Below the pieces are notes generated by a model. The model searched no databases. It saw only the letters and a program-made list of their open reading frames with translations, and had not been told where the DNA came from. This document shows, piece by piece, positions 17,463 to 26,331 of a stretch of 32,000 nucleotides of DNA. This stretch comes from Synechocystis sp. PCC 6803 substr. PCC-P (GTDB taxonomy: Bacteria; Cyanobacteriota; Cyanobacteriia; Cyanobacteriales; Microcystaceae). The first letter of the stretch is position 1, and every line of letters starts with the position of its first letter. The position numbers and the translations under genes were made by a program. The stretch spans positions 420,001 through 452,000 of the forward strand of contig NC_017039.1 in the NCBI RefSeq assembly GCF_000284455.1. Direction: 5' to 3'.

Positions 17463-17672
17463 TTGCGGTGGTTCCAAAGCCCGAATATATCGCAAGATAG
17501 ATTGCAAGCAGATGGGACTGTCCTAGGCTATTACATAACCTGTGGTCTGCCTGAATTTGTCTACGGGACTTCAGTCCTAGAATGGTTGCAAAGTTTTAGT
17601 TGCTCGGACTGGGCTCCATTGTTGCCCCTGGCCGAAACCGCCGATGTTTGGGTGTGTGGAATAAAAAGTTAG
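17463..17672 (+). CDS. Hypothetical small protein (69 aa, TTG start); coding status uncertain
   Basis: This is the only ORF of at least 60 aa in the 439-nt gap 17368-17806. I see no obvious Shine-Dalgarno sequence, no ATG, and no family I recognise. Confidence 0.25.
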   Translation: MRWFQSPNISQDRLQADGTVLGYYITCGLPEFVYGTSVLEWLQSFSCSDWAPLLPLAETADVWVCGIKS

Positions 17673-17806
17673 TCCTCCTATCCATTGTCATTCAGCGACG
17701 ACGGAGTTGGACGGATTGTTGCAATGGCCGTAGTGAGAATTTTGGCTGAGCTTAGCTAGCCAACCCGAAATAGAGTCCAAATTTTATAAATTTTTTTCCG
17801 TCCCCC

Positions 17807-18010
17807 ATGAGTCAAACTAACTACTATCAGAATCTTTTAAATTTTCTCCGCCAAGACCTTTCCCTGCCGGCAGAATCCCTGGCGATCGCCGAGCGCACCG
17901 CTTGCAACGCCATTGACAATAGTAACAATCTACCCATTATTCTCTGGCAGTATGGGCTAATTAGTTTGGAAGAATTAGACCGGATTTTCGACTGGCTCGA
18001 AAAGTTTTAG
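17807..18010 (+). CDS. Small cyanobacterial protein, DUF2949-like
   Basis: The 67-aa product starts at ATG. The C-terminal LWQYGLISLEELDRIFDWL block resembles the DUF2949 family as I recall it. It ends 13 nt before the next gene. Confidence 0.6.
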   Translation: MSQTNYYQNLLNFLRQDLSLPAESLAIAERTACNAIDNSNNLPIILWQYGLISLEELDRIFDWLEKF

Positions 18011-18023
18011 TAGGGCCATCGCC

Positions 18024-19220
18024 ATGGCGACGATCGCCGAGATTAATGACAAACTCCGCCGGGGTAAAGCTACGGTTTGGACGGCAGAACAGGTTAAAGC
18101 CCAGGTGGCAGAACTGGGGGTGGCCAAGGTGGCGGCCATGGTAGACGTGGTCTGCACAGGAACTTTTGAACCAATGGAATCCTCCGGGGCGGTGATCAAC
18201 CTTGGACAAACGGACCCGCCGATTAAAATTCGTCAATGCTGGCTAGATGGCATTCCGGCCTACGCTGGCTTTGGAGCAGTGGATTTATATTTAGGAGCAA
18301 CAGCGGCGGCAGACATTACCAACACTGGCGATAATCCCAACGAAGGGGACGGGGTGGCGGAAAGGGGCGGCGGCCATATCATTGAAGATCTCATTGCTGG
18401 TAAGAGTATTCCCCTGCGGGCTGTGGGCCAGGGCACCGACTGCTATCCCCGCACTACCTTGGAAACGGTGATTAGCACCGACCGAATTAATCAGTTCTAC
18501 CTCTACAATCCCCGCAATCTTTACCAAAATTTTATCGTGGGCGTCAACGGTGGCGATCGCCTGTTATACACTTACCTGGGGCCCCTGCAACCCCGCTTGG
18601 GCAATGCGGTTTATTCCAACCCAGGCGCCATTGGTCCCCTGTTTAACGATCCTCTCCTCCAGGCGATCGGCATTGGCACCAAAATCTTCCTGGGGGGCGG
18701 TGTCGGTTACATTGCCTGGGAAGGCACCCAACATTTTCCTCTGCAAAAACGTTTGCCCAACCACACCCCCATCGGCCCGGCGGCTACCCTAGCCCTCATT
18801 GGGGATGCCAAACAAATGGATGCCCATTGGGTGCGAGGTTGTTATCTAAAAAACTATGGTCCTTCTTTAATGTTGGGGGTGGGGGTGCCCATTCCTGTGT
18901 TGAATGAACAGGTAATTGAGCAATGTGCTGTCAAAGATGAGGACATCGTGGCTCCGGTGGTGGATTTTTCCATTCCCCGTCGGGTCAGGCCCACCTTTGG
19001 TTTGGTTACCTACGGCCAACTCAAAAGCGGCAAAATTACCATCGAAGGCAAAACGGTGCGGGTGGCTCCCTTGGCCAGCATTGCCCGCTCCAGGGAAGTG
19101 GCGGAAACCCTCAAAGCTTGGCTAGACGCTGGCACCTTTGCCCTCACGGAACCGGTGGCTCCCCTGCCCACCGACCGCATGTTTCTCGCCCAGGACCCCA
19201 TCGGCAATTTGTCGATTTAG
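18024..19220 (+). CDS. DUF39/COG1900 family protein (homocysteine-biosynthesis-type enzyme of methanogens)
   Basis: The 398-aa product has the family blocks IAEINDKLRRGKATVWTAEQV, VDVVCTGTFEPM, DPPIK, GGGHIIEDLIAGK, TDCYPR, NPRNLYQN, IGIGTKIFLGGGVGYIAWEGTQH and GVGVPIPVLNE..IEQCAVKDEDI. Confidence 0.85.
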   Translation: MATIAEINDKLRRGKATVWTAEQVKAQVAELGVAKVAAMVDVVCTGTFEPMESSGAVINLGQTDPPIKIRQCWLDGIPAYAGFGAVDLYLGATAAADITNTGDNPNEGDGVAERGGGHIIEDLIAGKSIPLRAVGQGTDCYPRTTLETVISTDRINQFYLYNPRNLYQNFIVGVNGGDRLLYTYLGPLQPRLGNAVYSNPGAIGPLFNDPLLQAIGIGTKIFLGGGVGYIAWEGTQHFPLQKRLPNHTPIGPAATLALIGDAKQMDAHWVRGCYLKNYGPSLMLGVGVPIPVLNEQVIEQCAVKDEDIVAPVVDFSIPRRVRPTFGLVTYGQLKSGKITIEGKTVRVAPLASIARSREVAETLKAWLDAGTFALTEPVAPLPTDRMFLAQDPIGNLSI

Positions 19221-19285
19221 GTTAACCATGGTTTGGTTTGAAAAAAATGAATTTTCCCTAGAGTGCAATCAAGTCTTAGCTGAAA

Positions 19286-20545
19286 TTAAGAATGCACCAC
19301 CCGATGGTCTGGGTTAATTAAGCGGAAAAACTTTTGCTTCAACTGGCGATCGAACACTTCCCATTTGAGTTTGGTATATTCCGCCTGGTCATTGCATCCT
19401 GTTAGGAAGCCCACCGGAATTTCAAAGCCGCCGGCCATATCCCGGCCACCGCCATAGTAGCGTCCTGTACCATCCATGCCGAGACTATCTTTTAAAAATT
19501 CATCGGGGTCTAGGGTCAACTTATTGGTGCGGAGGGAACCAATGACCAACTCAATATCATTGGCCCGGTCATGGACAATACCGTAAACCAAAGCAGTGTG
19601 TACGTTCTCCTCTGAAACCAAAAAGTCCGCCGCTTGGGGAATGGCGTCCCGTTCTTCGTAGCGGAGATAACCTACCCCCGCCAAAGAAAAGTTATTTTGT
19701 ACGACTCGGTTTTGCAAAGACCGCTCTATTACTTCCATCACCCGTTTGGAGCGGGCTGATTGTAACACCGCATTGAGTAACTGGGCATCATAAATGCGAC
19801 TGAGGTAGGCTGCCGCCATAAACTCCGCTTCCTGGGCCTGAAGTAAATTGATGGTGTCAGAACGCAGTCCATGCATCAAGGCCGTGGCGCATTTTACGTG
19901 GGTGGGGTTACTGCTGTTGAAATCCAACATGCCCCCCTGGAGATATTCCGTCAAAATGGTGGCAGTGGAACGACTGCTGGGACGAATATCCACAAAGGCA
20001 CCTTCCGCTTCTACCTCGTCCTGCGGACTATGGTGATCAATAATCACCACAACGGGAATATTAGCTTCCTGTACTAAAGGCATCAGTTGACTATTGGTGC
20101 CCTGGCTATCCACCAGCACACAGCCTTGGTAATCAGAGAGGTCAATATCCTTGAGCATTTGCGGCCCCCAGCGCTTGGCAGGCAGGCCGGTTAACTTCAC
20201 TAAAGCAATATTTTCCTGGTGGGAAAGGGTGCCTGCATAGACAATATCGCACTGAATTTCGTACTGGGCTGCAATCAGTTGAAATGCCCAGGCACTAGAG
20301 AGAGCGTCAGGGTCAGGAAAGTCCTGGATGACCAAAATCAACCGTTGCCCCTGGTGCCCTTCCAAGTGATGCTGGAGTTTGATAATTTGGGCTGTGTTAG
20401 CGGCGGGGATACGGGGAGAGACGACGTCGGCGGAGGCAATACTCCTCTGGGCGCTGATCTGCTGAGGGGAAGAAACAATGCTGGATTCCGGGACAGAAAG
20501 AGAAGGACTGTTACCAGGCTGGGAGGAAACAGAAGCCATTGCCAA
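19286..20545 (-). CDS. DHH/DHHA1-family phosphoesterase (NrnA-like) with a low-complexity N-terminal extension
   Basis: The 419-aa product has DFPDPDALSS (DxD), VLVDSQG, IIDHH and LRSDT motifs, plus a DHHA1-like YGGGRDMAGGF. The first 60 aa or so are rich in Ser, Pro and Gln. Confidence 0.8.
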   Translation of the reverse strand: MAMASVSSQPGNSPSLSVPESSIVSSPQQISAQRSIASADVVSPRIPAANTAQIIKLQHHLEGHQGQRLILVIQDFPDPDALSSAWAFQLIAAQYEIQCDIVYAGTLSHQENIALVKLTGLPAKRWGPQMLKDIDLSDYQGCVLVDSQGTNSQLMPLVQEANIPVVVIIDHHSPQDEVEAEGAFVDIRPSSRSTATILTEYLQGGMLDFNSSNPTHVKCATALMHGLRSDTINLLQAQEAEFMAAAYLSRIYDAQLLNAVLQSARSKRVMEVIERSLQNRVVQNNFSLAGVGYLRYEERDAIPQAADFLVSEENVHTALVYGIVHDRANDIELVIGSLRTNKLTLDPDEFLKDSLGMDGTGRYYGGGRDMAGGFEIPVGFLTGCNDQAEYTKLKWEVFDRQLKQKFFRLINPDHRVVHS

Positions 20546-20711
20546 AAACTAAGATAGGAGAGGGTATTAAATAGATCATAACATTGAGTCCAAACACCCC
20601 CATCCATGGGTGGAATCTGTCAGGTTCCAACCATTTTCCCCCTGGAGTGACAGAGGAAATTATCAGGAAATAAATGGGTTACCGATGCTCACTAAGATGC
20701 TTACTAAATAG

Positions 20712-22088
20712 TTACCAAGGACTACTAAGCATAGTGAAGGATGCCCAGTAGTAAGGAGCCGAAAAATTCGTTTGCCCCAGATTGATTAGGGATGGGGGTA
20801 AGGCGATCGCCCCCCGGGAAATGCCCGATTGTTCCAGTCCAGCAGTTAATTCTCCTCGGAGCATTTTCAGTTGGGCTTGGCGCAGGGCTTCGGCCTTGGT
20901 GGAAGTTTGACCCAATTGACGGTAGAACTCAGTCATCAGCACTAGGGTAGCAGCATCGTCTACGTTCCAAAAACTGGCGACGGCCGATTTAACCCCGGCT
21001 TTGAGGGCTAGGCCAGCAAAACCCAGTTCCGCTTGGTCGTCCCCGAGGGCGGTTTGGCAAGCACTGAGCACCAATAATTCCACCGCTGAAGATTGCCAAT
21101 TTATTTGACTGACTTTGTTTAAAGCCAATTTATCGTTCCAAAATTCGATATAGGAGTTGGCTGGTTTACCGGAGCGGAAGGAAGAATGGGTGGCTAAATG
21201 AACAATGCTGGGACGTTTTTGCTCTAGCTCCTTTTGCAGGCGATCGACCGTAAAATCCTGGTTGAGGAAGGTTTCTGCCTGCCAACGGTCTGCCGCCGGA
21301 CGATTGATTGCCATTTCCCAGACAATATTTTCCAATTCCACTGGCACTGCCGGCAAAGGACTTTGGTCAGCAAACTCCGATGCCCCCATGGCCAAAATAT
21401 TGCCGGGCTGGAGTGGTTTATAGTTACTGTCAATTAAATTGAAAGCCGGAATGTTGGTCAGGCTATATTTCTCCAGGAGATATTCCTCCCCATCAAATAG
21501 GGCCGCCATGGGTAAACCCCGCACCCCATTGCCCAGACAAAAGAGCAGGGTGTCAATGCCTTGGGCTTCTAGGGTTTCAGCATAGGGGGCAATAATCCAT
21601 TGGTACAATTGCTGGGATGCCTCCCGGCGATTGACGGTTTGGGAGAGTTGCAATTCCCGCTGAAAAGTTGACACCACAGGCCTTAATACCGCCTCCGGTA
21701 CGTCATGCAAATCCACCACAATGGGGTCTAGGTCAGGGGTGACTAGTACTAAATGTAAAAATTCTTTTTCCGGAATAATCCACAACACTGCTGGTTTTTT
21801 GCCGGTTTCTGCCGTGATTTTCTGCAGAGTAAGGGCAATATCTTCTGGGGTTTGGGTCACTTCGGCCAGACTTTCACCAAAATAGGCGGCAAACTCCTGT
21901 TCCCGGGCTTTTTCCATGGCGACAATTTTTTCGCTCAGGGTTTGGGCAAAGGCGGGGGCCATACTGAAACTAGCCAAGGTCAATCCCATGCCCACCGCCA
22001 TCAATTTGTTCAGCAAAGATCTCGACAAACCCCGGCGATCGCCAGAAGCTGATTGGCCCATAGCCCTGCTGTGTGTGGTAGTTTTCAT
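20712..22088 (-). CDS. Secreted CHAT-domain (caspase-fold) protease-like protein
   Basis: The 458-aa product has an N-terminal signal peptide (DRRGLSRSLLNKLMAVGMGLTLASFSMAPAFA). Its C-terminal CHAT domain has the His/Cys dyad contexts IVHLATHSSF and LLVLSACQTALGD. Confidence 0.8.
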   Translation of the reverse strand: MKTTTHSRAMGQSASGDRRGLSRSLLNKLMAVGMGLTLASFSMAPAFAQTLSEKIVAMEKAREQEFAAYFGESLAEVTQTPEDIALTLQKITAETGKKPAVLWIIPEKEFLHLVLVTPDLDPIVVDLHDVPEAVLRPVVSTFQRELQLSQTVNRREASQQLYQWIIAPYAETLEAQGIDTLLFCLGNGVRGLPMAALFDGEEYLLEKYSLTNIPAFNLIDSNYKPLQPGNILAMGASEFADQSPLPAVPVELENIVWEMAINRPAADRWQAETFLNQDFTVDRLQKELEQKRPSIVHLATHSSFRSGKPANSYIEFWNDKLALNKVSQINWQSSAVELLVLSACQTALGDDQAELGFAGLALKAGVKSAVASFWNVDDAATLVLMTEFYRQLGQTSTKAEALRQAQLKMLRGELTAGLEQSGISRGAIALPPSLINLGQTNFSAPYYWASFTMLSSPW

Positions 22089-22265
22089 TTTTAGTCCCCT
22101 TGGTTTGGGGCGATTCCTGATTAAGATTTTCTTTGACTACGGTGGGAATCACTACCCTTCAACATTACTAGTTGATTTTCCCAGAAATTATGCCAATTCT
22201 GGAGATTCCTTTGTTATCTTCGTAGGTAATTAGAAAATTCTATAAACCCAGCCCTTACCATCATA

Positions 22266-24035
22266 ATGTCGGAACTTAGCCTGGCCCATCAGGATTACCC
22301 CGTTGACGACCTCGAACAATTATTAAGTATTCTGCCCAAACCCATCCAAGCCATCATCGCCGAACACCCCCAGCGGCAACAGTTAGTGGAAGTAGTCATG
22401 GACCTAGGGCGCTTACCGGAAGCACGTTTTCCCGGCACTGCAGTCTATTTGGGCCATGAACCGATCGCCAAGGAGGATTTACAGTACGCCATTGACCGGG
22501 TAGGGCTATTTAGCAGTGATAACCGGGCTGGCATTGAAAGGACCCTGCACCGCATCAGTGCCATCCGCAACCGCACCAACGAAATTATCGGCTTGACCTG
22601 TCGGGTAGGCCGGGCGGTGTTCGGCACCATTAACCTCATCCAAGACCTGGTGGAAACAGGGGAATCGTTACTGCTGCTCGGGCGACCGGGGGTGGGAAAA
22701 ACCACTGCCCTACGGGAAATTGCCCGGGTACTAGCGGATGATTTGCACAAACGGGTGGTGATCATCGACACTTCCAACGAAATTGCTGGGGACGGGGACA
22801 TTCCCCATCCGGCGATCGGTCGGGCCCGGAGAATGCAGGTGGCTAGGCCAGAACTGCAACATCAGGTGATGATTGAGGCAGTGGAAAACCATATGCCGGA
22901 AGTGATCGTCATCGACGAAATTGGTACGGAATTGGAAGCTTTAGCTGCCCGCACCATTGCCGAACGGGGAGTGCAGTTGGTGGGCACAGCCCACGGTAAC
23001 CGTCTAGAAAATTTGATTAAAAATCCCACCCTTTCCGACCTGGTGGGGGGTATCCAAGCAGTGACTCTTGGGGATGAGGAAGCCCGGCGGCGGGGTTCCC
23101 AAAAAACTGTGCTGGAAAGGAAAGCTCCCCCGACTTTTTCCATGGCGGTGGAGATGTTGGAGCGGCAAAAATGGACTATCCACAGCGATGTGGCCTTGAC
23201 CATTGATAATCTGTTGCGGGGCCGGCCTCCGGTGGAACAGTTGCGGTATATGAATGAGCAAGGGGAGCTACAAATCGAAACGGTGGAAGCCCAGCCCCAG
23301 GAAAGAACGCCCCAACCCCCTCCCTATTTTTCCTTGGGTTTAGTGGACGATCGACAGTTGCGCCCAAGACCTACGGGTTTACGTTCCACTGGGCGGATGA
23401 AACCCCAAGCTCCCCTCCATGCCAACGCTGACCAAGTGCGAGATTTTGAGCGGTTACTGGAGCAGTCCTGGCAACAGTGGGAAGGAGATGATGAACCAAA
23501 GATCCGGGTGCCGGGGCCCAACGGCGAAGATTTACCGGTTTATGTTTATCCCTATGGCGTCGGGCGATCGCAGTTAGACCAGGTGATTGATATCTTGCAA
23601 TTACCGGTGGCGGTTACCAAGGATGTACACCAGGCCGATGCAGTGTTAGCCCTGCGTTCCCACGTCAAGGGCAACCAAAAATTACGACAGATGGCCAAGG
23701 GCATCCAGGTGCCTATTTATGGGGTTAAATCCAACACCATTCCCCAAATTAGCCGGGCCCTGAAACGGATTTTGGGCATGGATGAACCCCACAAAGCCGA
23801 AGCGGCGGATCTACGTTTGTTCACCCGCAGTGGCAGTAACGACGAATTGGAAGCGCTGGAGGAAGCCAGGTTAGCTGTGGAGCAAATTGTCATTCCCACA
23901 GGGCAACCGGTGGAGCTGCTACCCCGATCGCCCCATGTGCGGAAAATGCAACATGAACTGGTGGAACATTACCGTTTGCAGTCGGATAGCTTTGGCGATG
24001 AACCCAACCGTCGCCTAAGGATTTATCCTGCTTAG
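22266..24035 (+). CDS. ycf45: Ycf45-like AAA ATPase (SpoIIIAA-like) with a C-terminal R3H nucleic-acid-binding domain
   Basis: The 589-aa product has Walker A GRPGVGKTT, Walker B VIVIDEIG and GTAHG. The C-terminal R3H-like block reads HVRKMQHELVEHYRLQSDSFGDEPNRRLRIYP. Confidence 0.75.
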   Translation: MSELSLAHQDYPVDDLEQLLSILPKPIQAIIAEHPQRQQLVEVVMDLGRLPEARFPGTAVYLGHEPIAKEDLQYAIDRVGLFSSDNRAGIERTLHRISAIRNRTNEIIGLTCRVGRAVFGTINLIQDLVETGESLLLLGRPGVGKTTALREIARVLADDLHKRVVIIDTSNEIAGDGDIPHPAIGRARRMQVARPELQHQVMIEAVENHMPEVIVIDEIGTELEALAARTIAERGVQLVGTAHGNRLENLIKNPTLSDLVGGIQAVTLGDEEARRRGSQKTVLERKAPPTFSMAVEMLERQKWTIHSDVALTIDNLLRGRPPVEQLRYMNEQGELQIETVEAQPQERTPQPPPYFSLGLVDDRQLRPRPTGLRSTGRMKPQAPLHANADQVRDFERLLEQSWQQWEGDDEPKIRVPGPNGEDLPVYVYPYGVGRSQLDQVIDILQLPVAVTKDVHQADAVLALRSHVKGNQKLRQMAKGIQVPIYGVKSNTIPQISRALKRILGMDEPHKAEAADLRLFTRSGSNDELEALEEARLAVEQIVIPTGQPVELLPRSPHVRKMQHELVEHYRLQSDSFGDEPNRRLRIYPA

Positions 24036-25046
24036 TTGGGTTAACAGTTGCGCTGTGGCCTGGGTGGGATTGGTGGTCTCCATGATGGCCCGGACGATCG
24101 CCACCTGGGTTGCCCCGGCCTCCATTACTTCCCCTAAGTTCTCCCCGTCAATGCCGCCAATGGCAAACCAAGGGACCGGAGAGTTGGTGACCGCATACTG
24201 CACATACTCCAAACCAGCGGGTTTTTTCCCAGCTTTAGTAGGAGTGGCATAGACAGGGCCCACGCCAATGTAGTCTGCTCCTTCGGCGATCGCCTTGGCC
24301 ATTTCTTCTGGATTGGTGGTGGAGCGACCAATGATTTTATCAGGGCCCAATAGTTGACGAGCCACCGCTATGGGTAAATCCTGCTGTCCCAAATGCACCC
24401 CATCGGCATCCACCGCTAGGGCTAAATCGACCCGGTCGTTGACTAGAAACAGCGCTTCATACTGTCGGCACAATTCCCGTAAATCCTTAGCCCGTTGCCA
24501 CCGTAACTGATCCTCCGCATCTTTATCCCGGTACTGGACTAACTTTAATCCCCCTTGCAGAGCCGCTTCCACTGTAGCTAGCAGATTTTCCTGGGGAGAA
24601 GTGACTAGGTAAAGGGAACATTGTTGCAATCTTTGTACTAATTTGGATCCCAACAACCCACTTTCCAAGGCATAAACCCGATAGCGTAACTGCTTACAAC
24701 AGGCTCCCATGGCCGGGTCTCGCAGTTTGCCGTACTCCTCCAGCACCCTTAACGCCTCTTCTACCCGACAGAGATTGGCTTGTAACAGAGCTCGCACATC
24801 AGTACGCAGAGCTTCCTGGGCATGGGTCAACTGGGTGCCCACATCATTAGGGGTGTCCCGGGCCGCCCGCAGATCATCCTGGTGCCAAGGAGCCAAAGCT
24901 TGCCGCAGTTGTTTACATTCCTCCGCCAGTTCCCGATTTTCCAGGGCAAAACGACACCATTCCTCCACCGTCCGCAACCCTTCCCGGGCCCGGTTCAAAT
25001 TGGCATCCAAAATTCTGGCGATCGCCGTGGGGGAAGCTTGTTGCAT
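24015..25046 (-). CDS. thiE: Thiamine-phosphate synthase with an N-terminal extension of about 130 aa
   Basis: The C-terminal 210 aa or so carry ThiE blocks: YLVTSP, VQYRDKD, FLVNDRVDLALAVDADGVHLGQ, IIGRST, ADYIGVGPVYATPTK and WFAIGGI. The helical N-terminal domain is of unclear function. Confidence 0.85.
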   Translation of the reverse strand: MQQASPTAIARILDANLNRAREGLRTVEEWCRFALENRELAEECKQLRQALAPWHQDDLRAARDTPNDVGTQLTHAQEALRTDVRALLQANLCRVEEALRVLEEYGKLRDPAMGACCKQLRYRVYALESGLLGSKLVQRLQQCSLYLVTSPQENLLATVEAALQGGLKLVQYRDKDAEDQLRWQRAKDLRELCRQYEALFLVNDRVDLALAVDADGVHLGQQDLPIAVARQLLGPDKIIGRSTTNPEEMAKAIAEGADYIGVGPVYATPTKAGKKPAGLEYVQYAVTNSPVPWFAIGGIDGENLGEVMEAGATQVAIVRAIMETTNPTQATAQLLTQLSRINP

Positions 25047-25162
25047 CTGTTTAACTTAGATAGGAAAAAAGGAGATTTTTGCCATATTTGCCCCTCAAAT
25101 TGACACAAAGGCAACTCTTTTGGCCAAATCCAGCAAAATTTTGCAATTAAACGACAAAATCA

Positions 25163-26026
25163 TCAACAAACCACTGATTTTGTTCCAGCAGGGGCATCCA
25201 CCACGGTGGATTTACTAGGCTTGGACTTTAAACCCTCGGCCATGGCTTCAATGAAAGCGGACACCCGGATGGGGTCAATGGCTTCGTTAATATTGCCGTG
25301 ACGTTTGAGGGAACTGGCCACAATCACCCCATTGGCCGCCTGGATTAACTGACCAATATTGTCCTCGTCTGCCCCACTGCCAATGAAAACTGGAGTGCCC
25401 TTGGCGGCGTTGGTAGCTAACTCCAGATCTTCCAAATTAGGAGGACTGCCGGTGGCCCAGCCAGAGAGAATAATGCCATCGGCCAAGCCCCGCTCAATGG
25501 TGTCGGTAACAGCGGTGGTTAAATTAGGCGTACCCAAGGGTCGGGCGTGTTTAACCAGCACATCGGCCAAAATGGCCACATCACTGCTCAATTCCCGCCG
25601 ATAGCGCAATAGTTCATGGGCGTTGCCTTCGATTAAACCTTGATCCGTGGCCATCACCCCCGTGAGCACATTAACCCGGATAAATTTTGCCCCCACGCAA
25701 CTGGCGATCGCCAAGGCACTATGGGCATCGTTACGCAGAACGTTGATGCCCACCGGGGCCACCACCAAATTTTGCAGGCGATCGACAATTAAGGTCATGG
25801 CGCTGACCACCGCTGGATCTACCCTTTGTTTGGGAAAAGGGGCATCGAAAAAGTTTTCCACAATAATGCCATCCACCCCCCCAGCGGCAAGGGCCGTGGC
25901 TTCTTGTTCCGCTCGCTCAATGACGGCGGTGAGATTGCCTCCCCAACGGGCCGAAGTTGGCAATGGTAGGAGGTGTACAACGCCAATAACAGGATTATGG
26001 GTCTGAAAAGTTTGAAATAAATCCAC
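25163..26026 (-). CDS. btpA: BtpA/SgcQ-family protein (photosystem I biogenesis protein BtpA)
   Basis: The TIM-barrel-like product begins (V/M)DLFQTFQTHNPVIGVVHLLPLP. The ORF track extends to TTG at 26077 (304 aa). The GTG at 26026 gives 287 aa, which matches the BtpA length I recall. Confidence 0.8.
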   Translation of the reverse strand: MDLFQTFQTHNPVIGVVHLLPLPTSARWGGNLTAVIERAEQEATALAAGGVDGIIVENFFDAPFPKQRVDPAVVSAMTLIVDRLQNLVVAPVGINVLRNDAHSALAIASCVGAKFIRVNVLTGVMATDQGLIEGNAHELLRYRRELSSDVAILADVLVKHARPLGTPNLTTAVTDTIERGLADGIILSGWATGSPPNLEDLELATNAAKGTPVFIGSGADEDNIGQLIQAANGVIVASSLKRHGNINEAIDPIRVSAFIEAMAEGLKSKPSKSTVVDAPAGTKSVVC

Positions 26027-26207
26027 TGCACTCAATCCTAAACGCCCCTGGGTGCCGGTCGGGCCCTCGTTGTCCAAGACAGGCGGGTTGTAAATTAAAC
26101 AAAGCTAAGCCAATTAAGAATTGTACCCTACCAGGGAAATTGACCGGGGGCCGGTTTCACCGCTCAGGGTATGATTTAGGGGATATGGCAGAATAAATCG
26201 TTGACCT

Positions 26208-26281
26208 GAGGTTGTAGCTCAGACGGATAGAGCAAGCGCCTCCTAAGCGCTGGGCCGCCGGTTCGACTCCGGCCAACCTCG
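26208..26281 (+). tRNA. tRNA-Arg (anticodon CCU); CCA not encoded
   Basis: I folded a perfect cloverleaf by hand. The acceptor stem pairs gaggttg with caacctc. The D stem pairs gctc with gagc. The anticodon stem pairs agcgc with gcgct around the loop ctCCTaa, with the anticodon at 26242-26244. The T arm pairs gccgg with ccggc around the loop ttcgact. The discriminator is G at 26281. Confidence 0.95.
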
Positions 26282-26331
26282 CTTCCTGTCTATCATTTTC
26301 CCTTTGCTGTCGACGTTTACTTCCCTAAACC

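Noticed and set aside
25047-25162. A possible TPP riboswitch in the 116-nt spacer upstream of thiE.
   Set aside because: I read the minus strand and found neither the CUGAGA core nor the ACCUGAUCUGGAUAAUGCCAGCG-like pyrimidine-sensor helix. thiE probably follows btpA without a riboswitch.
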